From a virus, in the IMG/VR virus record IMGVR_UViG_3300050014_000619: a DNA stretch of 64,000 nt; one strand, given 5' to 3'. Position numbers and translations under genes: made by a program. This document shows, piece by piece, positions 17,626-26,871 of this stretch. Every line of letters begins with the position of its first letter. Position 1 is the stretch's first letter. The notes under the pieces are model-generated. The model was given only the letters and a program-made list of their open reading frames with translations. It was not told the origin of the DNA and did no database searches.

Positions 17626-19419
17626 ATGTCAGAACCAGTTTTTATTGTTCATTGTTTAAGAGTTCGCAAGACATCCTTATATCAGTTAAGATTTCCAATT
17701 AACGACCAACTTACTAATAGAATCAAAGAATTGCCACACGCTTCAAGAAGATGGGTTGCATTAGAATATGCATGGGAAGTTAATAGTGCAGGACTGCTCA
17801 GTTTAATTAAAAGATACAAAGGCTCAAATAAAATTCATTTTGATTTTGGTAATGACGAAAGTAAAAAAATTTTTATTAATCAAATTAAAAAGGTTGAAGC
17901 TGCCGAAGAAGAAAAACGTAAATTTATAGCCGATCTTAATATTAAAAAGGAGCATTGGGTTAAATATAAACAGGAGTTAGAAGCAACATACGAGAAGTAT
18001 AGCGATCAGTTACATGCATTGTTAAAACCAGAGATAAAACTTTATCCTCACCAAATTCAAGCAGCCTTATTTGCAAATGCTACACGTAATACGCTGATCT
18101 CTCACGAGATGGGACTCGGAAAAACTGCCGTTTCCATACTTTATGTTGAAATGAATAAATTTGAAAAAGTAATTGTAGTTACTCCTAATTCATTAAAATT
18201 TAACTACTATAATGAAATTGAAAAATTTACAAATAGTAATGCACACATTATTGGTTGGAGAAAAAATAAATGTGGTATTCAGGATGCTAAGTATGTGATT
18301 GTTAATTATGATTTCTTTAATCCAAGTAGTAAAGATAAGTTTTTAAAGAAGTGGCAAAAACTAAAGATTGAAGAAATTGATGCAGTTATTTGTGACGAAA
18401 GCCAGAAGTTAAAAAATACAAAAGCAAACACATATAAAAATTTCAACAGAACATTCAATAAACTTTTATTTAAAAGTGGTAAAATCAGCAAGATTTTCCT
18501 CTCTGGTACTCCTGCACCGAATAGAGCATATGAACTTTATACTGTCCTGAACCAGATATCTCCTGCAGATTTTGCAACAAAAGAATATTTTTATGAATAT
18601 TATTGTGGTATGATTTATGACCATGATAGTGGTTGGGGTTATGTTACAAATAGTGCAGAAGCAAAACTTGAAGAACTTTATCATAAAGCAGCACCATATA
18701 CTCACAGAAAACGTAAATTCGAAGTATTGACCGATCTTCCTGATAAAATTTATCAGAAGATTATGTTTGAAATGGATGATGACGAATATGCAGTTTATGA
18801 TGAAATTGAAGAAGGTGTTGCAAATGAATTTGTTGCACATCCAAATGGAAATCCGTTGACAACGATGTTGCGATTAAGACAATACACAGCTTCATTAAAG
18901 ATTAAGCATGTTATTGAATTGGTTGAAAATATTCTTGAAACAGGCGAAAAGGTTGTAATTGTTGATTATTTTAAAGATGCATTATATGAATTGAAAGAAA
19001 AACTTGGTGATGTTGCTGCACTTCATACTGGCGATCAAAAGGATGATGAAAGAGCAGAGATTGTAAAGAAATTTCAAGACCCAAATAGTGATTTAAAAGT
19101 ATTTTTAGGTACAGTACAGACATGTGGATACGGATTAACCCTTACAGCAGCCAGCAAATTGTTTTTTCTGACACTTCCTTATTCGGTAGGTGAATATGAT
19201 CAGGTAAGTGACAGACTTCATAGGATTGGTCAAAAAGCAGTTGTAAACATATATCCTTTGATGTTCAGGGATACTATTGATGATTATGTATTTAGTTCAA
19301 TTGAAAATAAAAGAAAAGAAATCGTGAAAGTGATTGATAATGAAGATTACAAATCTGATGTCAGCGAATCAGTGCTGAGTGAGGTTATTGCTAAAATTAA
19401 AGAAAAACATGGGAAGTGA
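17626..19419 (+). CDS. SNF2-family helicase (SMARCAL1/HARP-like)
   Basis: HEMGLGKT, DESQ, LSGTP, GLTLT, Q..DRLHRIGQ motifs. Confidence 0.9.
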   Translation: MSEPVFIVHCLRVRKTSLYQLRFPINDQLTNRIKELPHASRRWVALEYAWEVNSAGLLSLIKRYKGSNKIHFDFGNDESKKIFINQIKKVEAAEEEKRKFIADLNIKKEHWVKYKQELEATYEKYSDQLHALLKPEIKLYPHQIQAALFANATRNTLISHEMGLGKTAVSILYVEMNKFEKVIVVTPNSLKFNYYNEIEKFTNSNAHIIGWRKNKCGIQDAKYVIVNYDFFNPSSKDKFLKKWQKLKIEEIDAVICDESQKLKNTKANTYKNFNRTFNKLLFKSGKISKIFLSGTPAPNRAYELYTVLNQISPADFATKEYFYEYYCGMIYDHDSGWGYVTNSAEAKLEELYHKAAPYTHRKRKFEVLTDLPDKIYQKIMFEMDDDEYAVYDEIEEGVANEFVAHPNGNPLTTMLRLRQYTASLKIKHVIELVENILETGEKVVIVDYFKDALYELKEKLGDVAALHTGDQKDDERAEIVKKFQDPNSDLKVFLGTVQTCGYGLTLTAASKLFFLTLPYSVGEYDQVSDRLHRIGQKAVVNIYPLMFRDTIDDYVFSSIENKRKEIVKVIDNEDYKSDVSESVLSEVIAKIKEKHGK

Positions 19420-19780
19420 GTATATTTACGGGAGAAATCCGTTTAGAGATTTTTTGCTTGAGTCAATTATGACTGATGTTGATATATCAACAAAAGAAGC
19501 AAAAAGGGATATTGATAGTGCATTTAAATATATTTTAGGAAACATTTTGATTAATCGTGACGAGGTAGTATATTTGGATTTTGAAATAAAGAAAAATGAA
19601 GAGCATTATAAACTTCACGGAAAGAATTCAATAAGTGCCTTATGGTTAAGTGGATTTTTCCCAAGTGATGCTACATTGATTGTAAAAAGTACAACATTTT
19701 TAATTGGAAACAGAAAATATGTTTTCAATAAAGAAACAAATGAGTTAACATATACAGTGGTTTATGAGCAAAATGAATAA
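19409..19780 (+). CDS. Hypothetical protein
   Basis: Overlaps both neighbours; ATG 19409 is the likely start. Confidence 0.6.
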   Translation: MGSEYIYGRNPFRDFLLESIMTDVDISTKEAKRDIDSAFKYILGNILINRDEVVYLDFEIKKNEEHYKLHGKNSISALWLSGFFPSDATLIVKSTTFLIGNRKYVFNKETNELTYTVVYEQNE

Positions 19781-22700
19781 GTTACAGGTTTTAGCTGAAA
19801 TCAAAGGATTTCTTGAAGGCTATAATAATGACCTCAAGTATCTTGTAAATGTCGAGACCGACCCGACAACAAATATTGCCGATTGTATTATACACGAACC
19901 TAATAAGGAAAAGAAAATCGTTAAAATGCGATACGAACCTTTCGTGTATGTTAAGGACTTGGAAAAACTTGGTCGTACATTGTATGAAGGCTATTCTCAA
20001 GAATATATTGAAAGTAAAAAAATAAAATACGGAATAACAATTACCAAATTAAAAACTGGTAATCAAAAAAGACTCGTTGATGGTTATTGTTATAAAGTAA
20101 CAAGTAGTAAATCAAATAATGCCATTATTAATTATTTTAAAGATGGTGGTATCGACACATTCTTAAAAGTTGTTGATGCTGATGGTAATATAGTTAAGGA
20201 TAAAAAAACTGGTAAACCGAAGTATGTTAATCGTGAATTATTTCAGTCACCAAGCACAACAGAACAATTCTTTATTTCAACACAATCAAGGCTTTATAAG
20301 GGTTTTGAAGAATACAAACAAGTACATAAACTGACCTTTGACTGTGAAACAACTGGTTTGCGTTATGCAATGGCAAGATTATTTGCTATTGGTGTAAGAG
20401 ATAACAGAGGTTTTGAAACAATTCTGGAAGTCGAGAAGATTAACGATAATGATGCTGAGATTAAGTTAATCCAGATGTTTTTTAATCTTATACATGAATT
20501 AAAACCAGCAGTAATTGCAGGATTCAACTCAGAAATGTTTGACTTTGAATTTATTCTTGGTAGAGCAAAATTATTGGGAATGGATTTAACTCTGCTTCCA
20601 ACAGGACTTAAAGCTGATGTATCATTAAAAAGAAGACCAAACACCAGTGTAAAATACGGTAATACTGCCGACAAATACACCGCAACTCAAATGTGGGGTT
20701 ATTCTGTTATTGACATTCTGCATGCTGTAAGACGAACTGCTGCAGTTAATAGCGAGATAAAAGAAAACAAGTTAAAGTATATTGCAAAACTTGAAAAGAT
20801 CGCCAAACCCAACAGAACATATATTGCAGGGGAAGACAATCAAATCGGTAGGTTTTACAGTGAGAATAAAGTATTTGTTATTGATGAAAATAATAATTAC
20901 TGTCAAATACCCAATGAATATCAGGAAGTAGCAAAGAATCTCTATAAATTACAAGCAAATCGTGCTAAATTAACTGATGATGAATATAAAGCATACAGGA
21001 CTACATATTTAACTGGTTCTGAAAAGTTTATTAAGTGGTTCAGAGAAGAAGCATTAGTGAAAAAAATGAACAAGTTCATTGGTGGTAAAACACTTTTGAG
21101 ACAATATCTTCTTGATGACCTTTGGGAAACTGAACAGGTTGATGAACTTTACAATCAATCATCATTCATGTTAGCGAAGATAGTACCAACGACTTATCAG
21201 AGGATTTGTACAATGGGAACTGCTGCTATTTGGAATTTACTTATGACTGCTTGGAGTTATGAAAATGATATTGCCATACCCCATTGTGATGTCAACATGA
21301 AATTCTCTGGTGGTCTGGCAAGATGTTATAAATCTGGCTTTTCAAAGCGTATAATTAAGATTGACTATGCCAGTCTTTACCCAATGCTTCAATTAACATG
21401 GGACATCTTTCCAATATTTGATATCACTGGTGTTATGAAGAAAATTTTGTTGTATTTAACAACAACTCGTAATATCTATAAGAAATTAGCAAACATTACT
21501 GACCTGAATACTGAAGAGGTTGACTTATTAAGACAAATCGACCCTGAAATGTACGTGAAGTATGTACAAAAGGCATTTACACCTGAAGACATTGCAATGT
21601 TCAAGATTAAACAGTTGCCTATAAAGATTTTGAACAACTCATTATTTGGTGCTTTGGGTTCAGGTATATCGTTCAACTGGTCAGATAACGTTTGTGCTGC
21701 ACGTATCACCTGCTGTGGACGTATTGAGTTACGTCATGCTATTAATTGGTTTAGTAAATATAAGTGTGTGGCATTACTTGCCGTAACTGATGGTATAAAC
21801 TTTCAATATCCTGAAACCACAAATATCGGATTTAATGATAGTGGTGAAGTACCTGTGGGTGTTGATACTCCAATTGAGCAAGCATGGCAATATGGTGGAA
21901 AGACTGGTATAAATGCACTTATTTTAAAGTTCAATAAAGAAGAAATGCGTGCTCCTTATATGTCGGTTGATAATGACGGTGAATCAATTAGTTGTTTGAA
22001 CCTTTCAAGAATAAACTATGCTACACTTGCATTGGCTAAAGATAAGAAGAGTGGTGAAATGAAAGAGAAAATCAAATTAACTGGTAACACAATCAAATCG
22101 AAGGTCATGCCCGGGTACATACAGGAATTTATTGATAAAGGTTTGGAATTAATTCTTCACGATAAAGGTAAAGAATTTGTAGATTATTATAACGAATATG
22201 CTAAATTATTATATTATCGACAGATTCCCTTGAGAAAAATTGCAAGTAAGAGCAGGATAAAATCAACCATTAATCAATACAAAAAAAGAGGCAATGATAA
22301 GAATGGTAGAGCAAAAGGAAAACAAGCTCACATGGAACTTCTGATAGCTAAAAGAAATAAAATTGCTGAAGAAGTATTTCAAAAGTACAAAGGCAGTTTA
22401 TTATTTGTTAAGGCTGAAGAAAAACTGACCATTGAGGATAAGTTAAAACTCGTTAATGACTATATGCCACCAGAACCTGAACTTGATAGTGTTGTTTATT
22501 TTGTAAACACTGGAACTAAAATATCTGATAGTAATTCAGGTATTATGAAAGACAAGGTTACTGGCGAAGAAAAATTCTGTGCTGCAATTATTACTGCCGA
22601 TGATATGTTGGAGAATCCCGATATGAAGGGTGAATATAATATTGCTAAGTATTTGAATGCTTTTAATAAAAGGGTTAAATCATTACTGGTCGGCTTCGAA

Positions 22701-23456
22701 CCTGAAGTAAGCAAAGCAATACTTGCAAAGATCGTTAAGGATAAGAAAACCAAAGAAGTTGACTTGAAATGTGGTGGTGAGAACTACGCATCATATGATT
22801 TAAAACTTAAGAATTTCGATTTAAATGATTTGGATGAATCAATGTATTTGGAAACCAAAGAGGTTGAATTCTGGAATAGAACGGGTTATGACCCAAGAAA
22901 AGTCTGGACAGGTTTTAAGATGTATGATGACAATAGGGTTTATTATGAAATTTACGATCATGCACTCAATCATCTGAATACTTTAATGGCAGCAAAGAAT
23001 CTTCCAAAGATCAAGTCAATTAATGAAGAATATGGTGAAGGTGATATGGTCTTAATTAAAAATGAAAAGATTTTTAGTGTTGGAAAGCATAATGGAACAT
23101 TCATTGAAATCATCAGACCAGTGGTTGAGATACCAAAATGTGAACTGGAACTCGAACTCGATAAGAAAAAAGCCGAAGAAGAAGAGAAAATCAGAAATCT
23201 TGAAATGACGTTGATCGCCAAAACAGAGGAAGAGAAAAAAATCGAATTACAGAAGTTAAAACGTGAACAGTATTTTGATAGGTTCAAGAGACGAATGAAC
23301 GCACCTGAATTAATGACAATTGATGATTTTTTCCGTGATGAATCAGAAGCAGGTGATATGTTGGATTACTATATAAGTCAAATGGAAGGAGAGGATGAGG
23401 ATGATTCAGAAAATCCTGACGATGAAAATGATGATGGCGGTGACGGTGCATATTAA
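19764..23456 (+). CDS. polB: Family B DNA polymerase with 3'-5' exonuclease
   Basis: ExoI FDCET, ExoII FNSEMFD, ExoIII YLLDD; DYASLYP; KILNNSLFG; motif C AVTDG. Confidence 0.92.
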   Translation: MSKMNKLQVLAEIKGFLEGYNNDLKYLVNVETDPTTNIADCIIHEPNKEKKIVKMRYEPFVYVKDLEKLGRTLYEGYSQEYIESKKIKYGITITKLKTGNQKRLVDGYCYKVTSSKSNNAIINYFKDGGIDTFLKVVDADGNIVKDKKTGKPKYVNRELFQSPSTTEQFFISTQSRLYKGFEEYKQVHKLTFDCETTGLRYAMARLFAIGVRDNRGFETILEVEKINDNDAEIKLIQMFFNLIHELKPAVIAGFNSEMFDFEFILGRAKLLGMDLTLLPTGLKADVSLKRRPNTSVKYGNTADKYTATQMWGYSVIDILHAVRRTAAVNSEIKENKLKYIAKLEKIAKPNRTYIAGEDNQIGRFYSENKVFVIDENNNYCQIPNEYQEVAKNLYKLQANRAKLTDDEYKAYRTTYLTGSEKFIKWFREEALVKKMNKFIGGKTLLRQYLLDDLWETEQVDELYNQSSFMLAKIVPTTYQRICTMGTAAIWNLLMTAWSYENDIAIPHCDVNMKFSGGLARCYKSGFSKRIIKIDYASLYPMLQLTWDIFPIFDITGVMKKILLYLTTTRNIYKKLANITDLNTEEVDLLRQIDPEMYVKYVQKAFTPEDIAMFKIKQLPIKILNNSLFGALGSGISFNWSDNVCAARITCCGRIELRHAINWFSKYKCVALLAVTDGINFQYPETTNIGFNDSGEVPVGVDTPIEQAWQYGGKTGINALILKFNKEEMRAPYMSVDNDGESISCLNLSRINYATLALAKDKKSGEMKEKIKLTGNTIKSKVMPGYIQEFIDKGLELILHDKGKEFVDYYNEYAKLLYYRQIPLRKIASKSRIKSTINQYKKRGNDKNGRAKGKQAHMELLIAKRNKIAEEVFQKYKGSLLFVKAEEKLTIEDKLKLVNDYMPPEPELDSVVYFVNTGTKISDSNSGIMKDKVTGEEKFCAAIITADDMLENPDMKGEYNIAKYLNAFNKRVKSLLVGFEPEVSKAILAKIVKDKKTKEVDLKCGGENYASYDLKLKNFDLNDLDESMYLETKEVEFWNRTGYDPRKVWTGFKMYDDNRVYYEIYDHALNHLNTLMAAKNLPKIKSINEEYGEGDMVLIKNEKIFSVGKHNGTFIEIIRPVVEIPKCELELELDKKKAEEEEKIRNLEMTLIAKTEEEKKIELQKLKREQYFDRFKRRMNAPELMTIDDFFRDESEAGDMLDYYISQMEGEDEDDSENPDDENDDGGDGAY

Positions 23457-23465
23457 TATTTAATA

Positions 23466-23473
23466 GTATTTAT
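23466..23473 (+). promoter_or_regulatory. Putative late promoter GTATTTAT
   Basis: Upstream of 23490. Confidence 0.65.
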
Positions 23474-23489
23474 ATGAAAATATGTACTA

Positions 23490-24110
23490 ATGAAATTTAC
23501 AAAAGCTCAGATAAATGAGATCATCGATTCAAACGGTGAGCTAATTGGTAAAAATGACGTACCATCAACTGGTAGCGACTTAGAGTCAGCAGCAAATAAT
23601 ACAACAGACTATAACCAAAAAATTGGTCAGCAACCATTTAGGTATGACATGTTGGGTCGTTTCGGCTTCACAATGATGCCGTTTATGGAAGGTAAGGAAA
23701 GTCAGGAACAGCTTGAATTAGTGAAAGACCTGAAAGAACTTATGCATCAGAGATTTATGGATATCGCTGGATATTATTACAAAAATCCTGAGAAATTGAA
23801 ATCAGATTATAGAAGACAAGACGGTGGTGAACACACCAAAGAATGTGAAAAACTCGATGCGGAATACGCAAATAAGATTATGGCTGTAATACGCAAACAT
23901 TTCGAGAAAGCATTTGAACCTAACAATATTGATGAATCTGCTGTTGTTGAAGACAAGGTTGTTGACAAGAAAACTGAAGACGAAATGTCCAGCAAAGCTG
24001 AAGATAAAGAAGTACAGGAAAAAAAACTTGAAAAGATCGCTGGTTTAATTAGTAAACTCGATCAAGAAGCTAAAGATAAACTTAAAAACCTACTGGAAAG
24101 AAATGGCTAA
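23490..24110 (+). CDS. Acidic hypothetical protein, possible internal head protein
   Basis: GTATTTAT motif upstream; INE/IDE/LLE tripeptides. Confidence 0.55.
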   Translation: MKFTKAQINEIIDSNGELIGKNDVPSTGSDLESAANNTTDYNQKIGQQPFRYDMLGRFGFTMMPFMEGKESQEQLELVKDLKELMHQRFMDIAGYYYKNPEKLKSDYRRQDGGEHTKECEKLDAEYANKIMAVIRKHFEKAFEPNNIDESAVVEDKVVDKKTEDEMSSKAEDKEVQEKKLEKIAGLISKLDQEAKDKLKNLLERNG

Positions 24111-24879
24111 TCAACAATTGTACGATAAAACGTATACAATACCCCCAGAAGTGCTTAATGGCATACAGGTGGCAAAAGCATCGAGTTCTAATGGAAATGG
24201 TCTTAAACGAGCTAATTTCATCCTTAAAAACGGTGCAATGCCTTATACTGCATTGGTGAAACTCAAACATGATTTTGATAATAATAATTTTACGGATGCT
24301 AAACAATATGCTCTTGCTGGCGGTGATCAGATGAAAGCATTTATTGAAAAAACTCTTGCTGCAGATCGAAATGCTGTTGAACAGTCGAAAACAATTAAAC
24401 AGGACATGACTACTGACCCGAATTCAGAATTAGCACCATACCAAACGCCCAGACTGAATGAGGAAGATAAAAAGAAAAAGGAATTAACGAAGAATGTTTG
24501 TGCTGTAATTGTTGATAAAGACGATAAGATATTATTACTCAAACGTGCATCTACTCCAAAAATCTGGATGCCTTCGAAATGGGCATTAGTTGGTGGTGGC
24601 ATTGAAAAAGATGAAACACCTTTACAGGCAATCAAAAGAGAGATAATGGAAGAGATTGGTCTGGAGATCGATAAGTTTGTTAAAACCTTCACAATACAAA
24701 GACATGAAAGCAGTGTCGAACACATATTTGCATGTCGTTATGAGGGTGAACCAACTGATATTAAATTAAATGAAGAGAATACTAACTATGGATGGTATGA
24801 TGTGGATGAAATGCAGTATTTGGATACTGTACCGCATTTATTGGAATATATTACATTAACATTTGTAAAATACGATTAA
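24103..24879 (+). CDS. Two-domain protein with C-terminal NUDIX hydrolase
   Basis: Nudix box GGGIEKDETPLQAIKREIMEEIGL; RLNEE linker. Confidence 0.85.
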   Translation: MANQQLYDKTYTIPPEVLNGIQVAKASSSNGNGLKRANFILKNGAMPYTALVKLKHDFDNNNFTDAKQYALAGGDQMKAFIEKTLAADRNAVEQSKTIKQDMTTDPNSELAPYQTPRLNEEDKKKKELTKNVCAVIVDKDDKILLLKRASTPKIWMPSKWALVGGGIEKDETPLQAIKREIMEEIGLEIDKFVKTFTIQRHESSVEHIFACRYEGEPTDIKLNEENTNYGWYDVDEMQYLDTVPHLLEYITLTFVKYD

Positions 24880-24927
24880 TTCGTATTTATATATAAATAA
24901 TATTAACAAAATTAAAAACAAAATAAA

Positions 24928-25188
24928 ATGGCAGATAATACAACAGACCCAAGCAGACTTCTTGCTAATAGTGTACAGTTCAGAGATAAAAATGTTGCGA
25001 AGAATCGTTACAAAACCAACAACGAATATGTTGCTGGTCATCCAGACGCATTATCCACAGGTGATGAATTGGGTAAAGACGAATTAAATGGTAATACTGG
25101 TAGTGCAACTGATATTAAAGAAAGACAAAAAGAAATTGTCAAAAACAAATTTAATTCAAACAGAACATATAACGCAAGCAACGCATAA
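24928..25188 (+). CDS. Hypothetical protein
   Basis: GTATTTAT motif upstream; two NxY/F..N..Y repeats; HPDALSTGDELGK. Confidence 0.6.
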   Translation: MADNTTDPSRLLANSVQFRDKNVAKNRYKTNNEYVAGHPDALSTGDELGKDELNGNTGSATDIKERQKEIVKNKFNSNRTYNASNA

Positions 25189-26114
25189 TGTTGAGTGAGG
25201 CTAAAATACTGTTCGAGAATATCAGACATTTTCGCCAGCTTCTTAGCGAAGCTGTTAGCGATAGTGTAATCGTTGATGCAATTAACGAGCATAAATATCT
25301 TTATATTTATTATGAAGGTGAGACAACTCAAGAAACTGGTTATCGAACAATCAGACCATTCGTTTTAGGTAAATTGAAAAACGGTAATTTAGCACTGAGA
25401 GCTTGGCAGGATAAGGGTAGAAGTGATAGTCTCAGGGCAGATTCTCCAAGAAACAGATTACATCACGAACATGAATTTGATGAAGGCAAAACAAAACCGG
25501 GTTGGCGTTTATTCCTTGTTGATAACATTAAATCAGCATATCCTACTGGTGTGAAATTTAATAAAAAAGATGGTAGCGTAATGATACCGACTGGTTATAA
25601 AGAGCATGATAAGTCAATGACTGGTGGAATCGTTGCATTTATTTCGGCAAATGGTAGAGAAGAAATGCAAGCAAGTGGTACAACAGGTACAACTACACAA
25701 AAAATTCCGAGATACGAGAAGTTCAAGAATGCCGATATTAATAAGAGGAAACTCACGAAAGCTGATGTCATTGGTTTATACGATATTGCTACACGTGTTA
25801 TGAAAAAATCAATTAATAGGTTCTTTGTATCAATTGATGATCAGAATTATTATTACTTACAGGATAAGAATATTAAAGCCAGATTTCCACAGAATGCAAT
25901 TGTTGGTGATCTTGATGTATTATATGATCAGTTTGTAAGAAAACAGCCACAAGAGCCACAGCAATTGAGCCAGACTGATGCTTATATGAAACAGGAATTG
26001 GATAAACTTGCTAAGAGTACAGCAGCAAATAATGCAAAAACACCTGAAGAACAAAAAATGATGAAAGAAAATGAAAAATTCCCTGTTGACAAAAGGACCT
26101 TTTTCAAAATCTAA
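25188..26114 (+). CDS. WYL-like domain protein
   Basis: IYYEG..GYRTIRPFVLG..LRAWQ..GWRLFLVDNI. Confidence 0.65.
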   Translation: MLSEAKILFENIRHFRQLLSEAVSDSVIVDAINEHKYLYIYYEGETTQETGYRTIRPFVLGKLKNGNLALRAWQDKGRSDSLRADSPRNRLHHEHEFDEGKTKPGWRLFLVDNIKSAYPTGVKFNKKDGSVMIPTGYKEHDKSMTGGIVAFISANGREEMQASGTTGTTTQKIPRYEKFKNADINKRKLTKADVIGLYDIATRVMKKSINRFFVSIDDQNYYYLQDKNIKARFPQNAIVGDLDVLYDQFVRKQPQEPQQLSQTDAYMKQELDKLAKSTAANNAKTPEEQKMMKENEKFPVDKRTFFKI

Positions 26115-26146
26115 CGTATTTATAAAAAAATATAAAATTTTATAAA

Positions 26147-26812
26147 ATGGCAAAACCCGATTTAAATAAACTAAAAAACGAAATTGATAGTCGTAAAAGG
26201 GAAAGAAATACTACCTTAACACCTAATGGTGAAAATATTGCACCACGTGATGTATTTCTTAACGGCTTGCTTGAATCATATAAGACTGGTAGAGAAACTA
26301 CTGCAAGTGCATTAGTTAAGACCGTTAATAACAAAGCTGCTGCAAAGAGTGGTGAAAAAAATCTTCAAATTACTGAAGCACCAGTACAACAGCCACAGCA
26401 ACCACAAGGCACTCCAAGAAGAATAACTGATGTTGATATGTCACCTGAAAGGGATGAATTATTATGGGCAGAAGTTGAAAGAAAGAAAAAAATGACATTG
26501 GCTGAACAGATTGGTGATTTCAGGAATACACCACCAGTGGGCGCACCAATGAATAACAATGTTAAACAGCCATCTGCTCTCAATGAGGTATATTTAACAG
26601 AGAACATGAAGAAATACATGGATAATTATCTGGTTGAAAATCTGGGTCCTGTTTTCGAAGAAGCTATTAAAGGTACAATAATTGAAATGTACGCTGCAGA
26701 ACGAATCAAAGAAGTTCTGGCAGAGAATAAAGATATGATAAAAGAATTGGTCAAAGAAACCATTCGAGAAATTCAAAAAGCTAACGCAGATAAAAAGAAA
26801 GCACAATCTTAA
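26147..26812 (+). CDS. Hypothetical protein, possible head/scaffold-associated
   Basis: GTATTTAT motif upstream; LNE/LTE and C-terminal IKELVKETIREI. Confidence 0.55.
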   Translation: MAKPDLNKLKNEIDSRKRERNTTLTPNGENIAPRDVFLNGLLESYKTGRETTASALVKTVNNKAAAKSGEKNLQITEAPVQQPQQPQGTPRRITDVDMSPERDELLWAEVERKKKMTLAEQIGDFRNTPPVGAPMNNNVKQPSALNEVYLTENMKKYMDNYLVENLGPVFEEAIKGTIIEMYAAERIKEVLAENKDMIKELVKETIREIQKANADKKKAQS

Positions 26813-26828
26813 TTGTGCTTTCTTTTTT
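26794..26828 (+). terminator. Rho-independent terminator
   Basis: AAAGAAAGCACAA/TTGTGCTTTCTTT stem plus T-tract. Confidence 0.75.
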
Positions 26829-26840
26829 GATAGTAAGTTT

Positions 26841-26848
26841 GTATTTAT
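26841..26848 (+). promoter_or_regulatory. Putative late promoter GTATTTAT
   Basis: Between terminator and polyprotein start. Confidence 0.65.
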
Positions 26849-26871
26849 GAATATAGTATAAATCTTCGATA

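Noticed and set aside
17626-23456. Inteins in helicase or polymerase
   Set aside because: No C...HN-[C/S/T] boundaries or LAGLIDADG blocks seen; core motifs are contiguous
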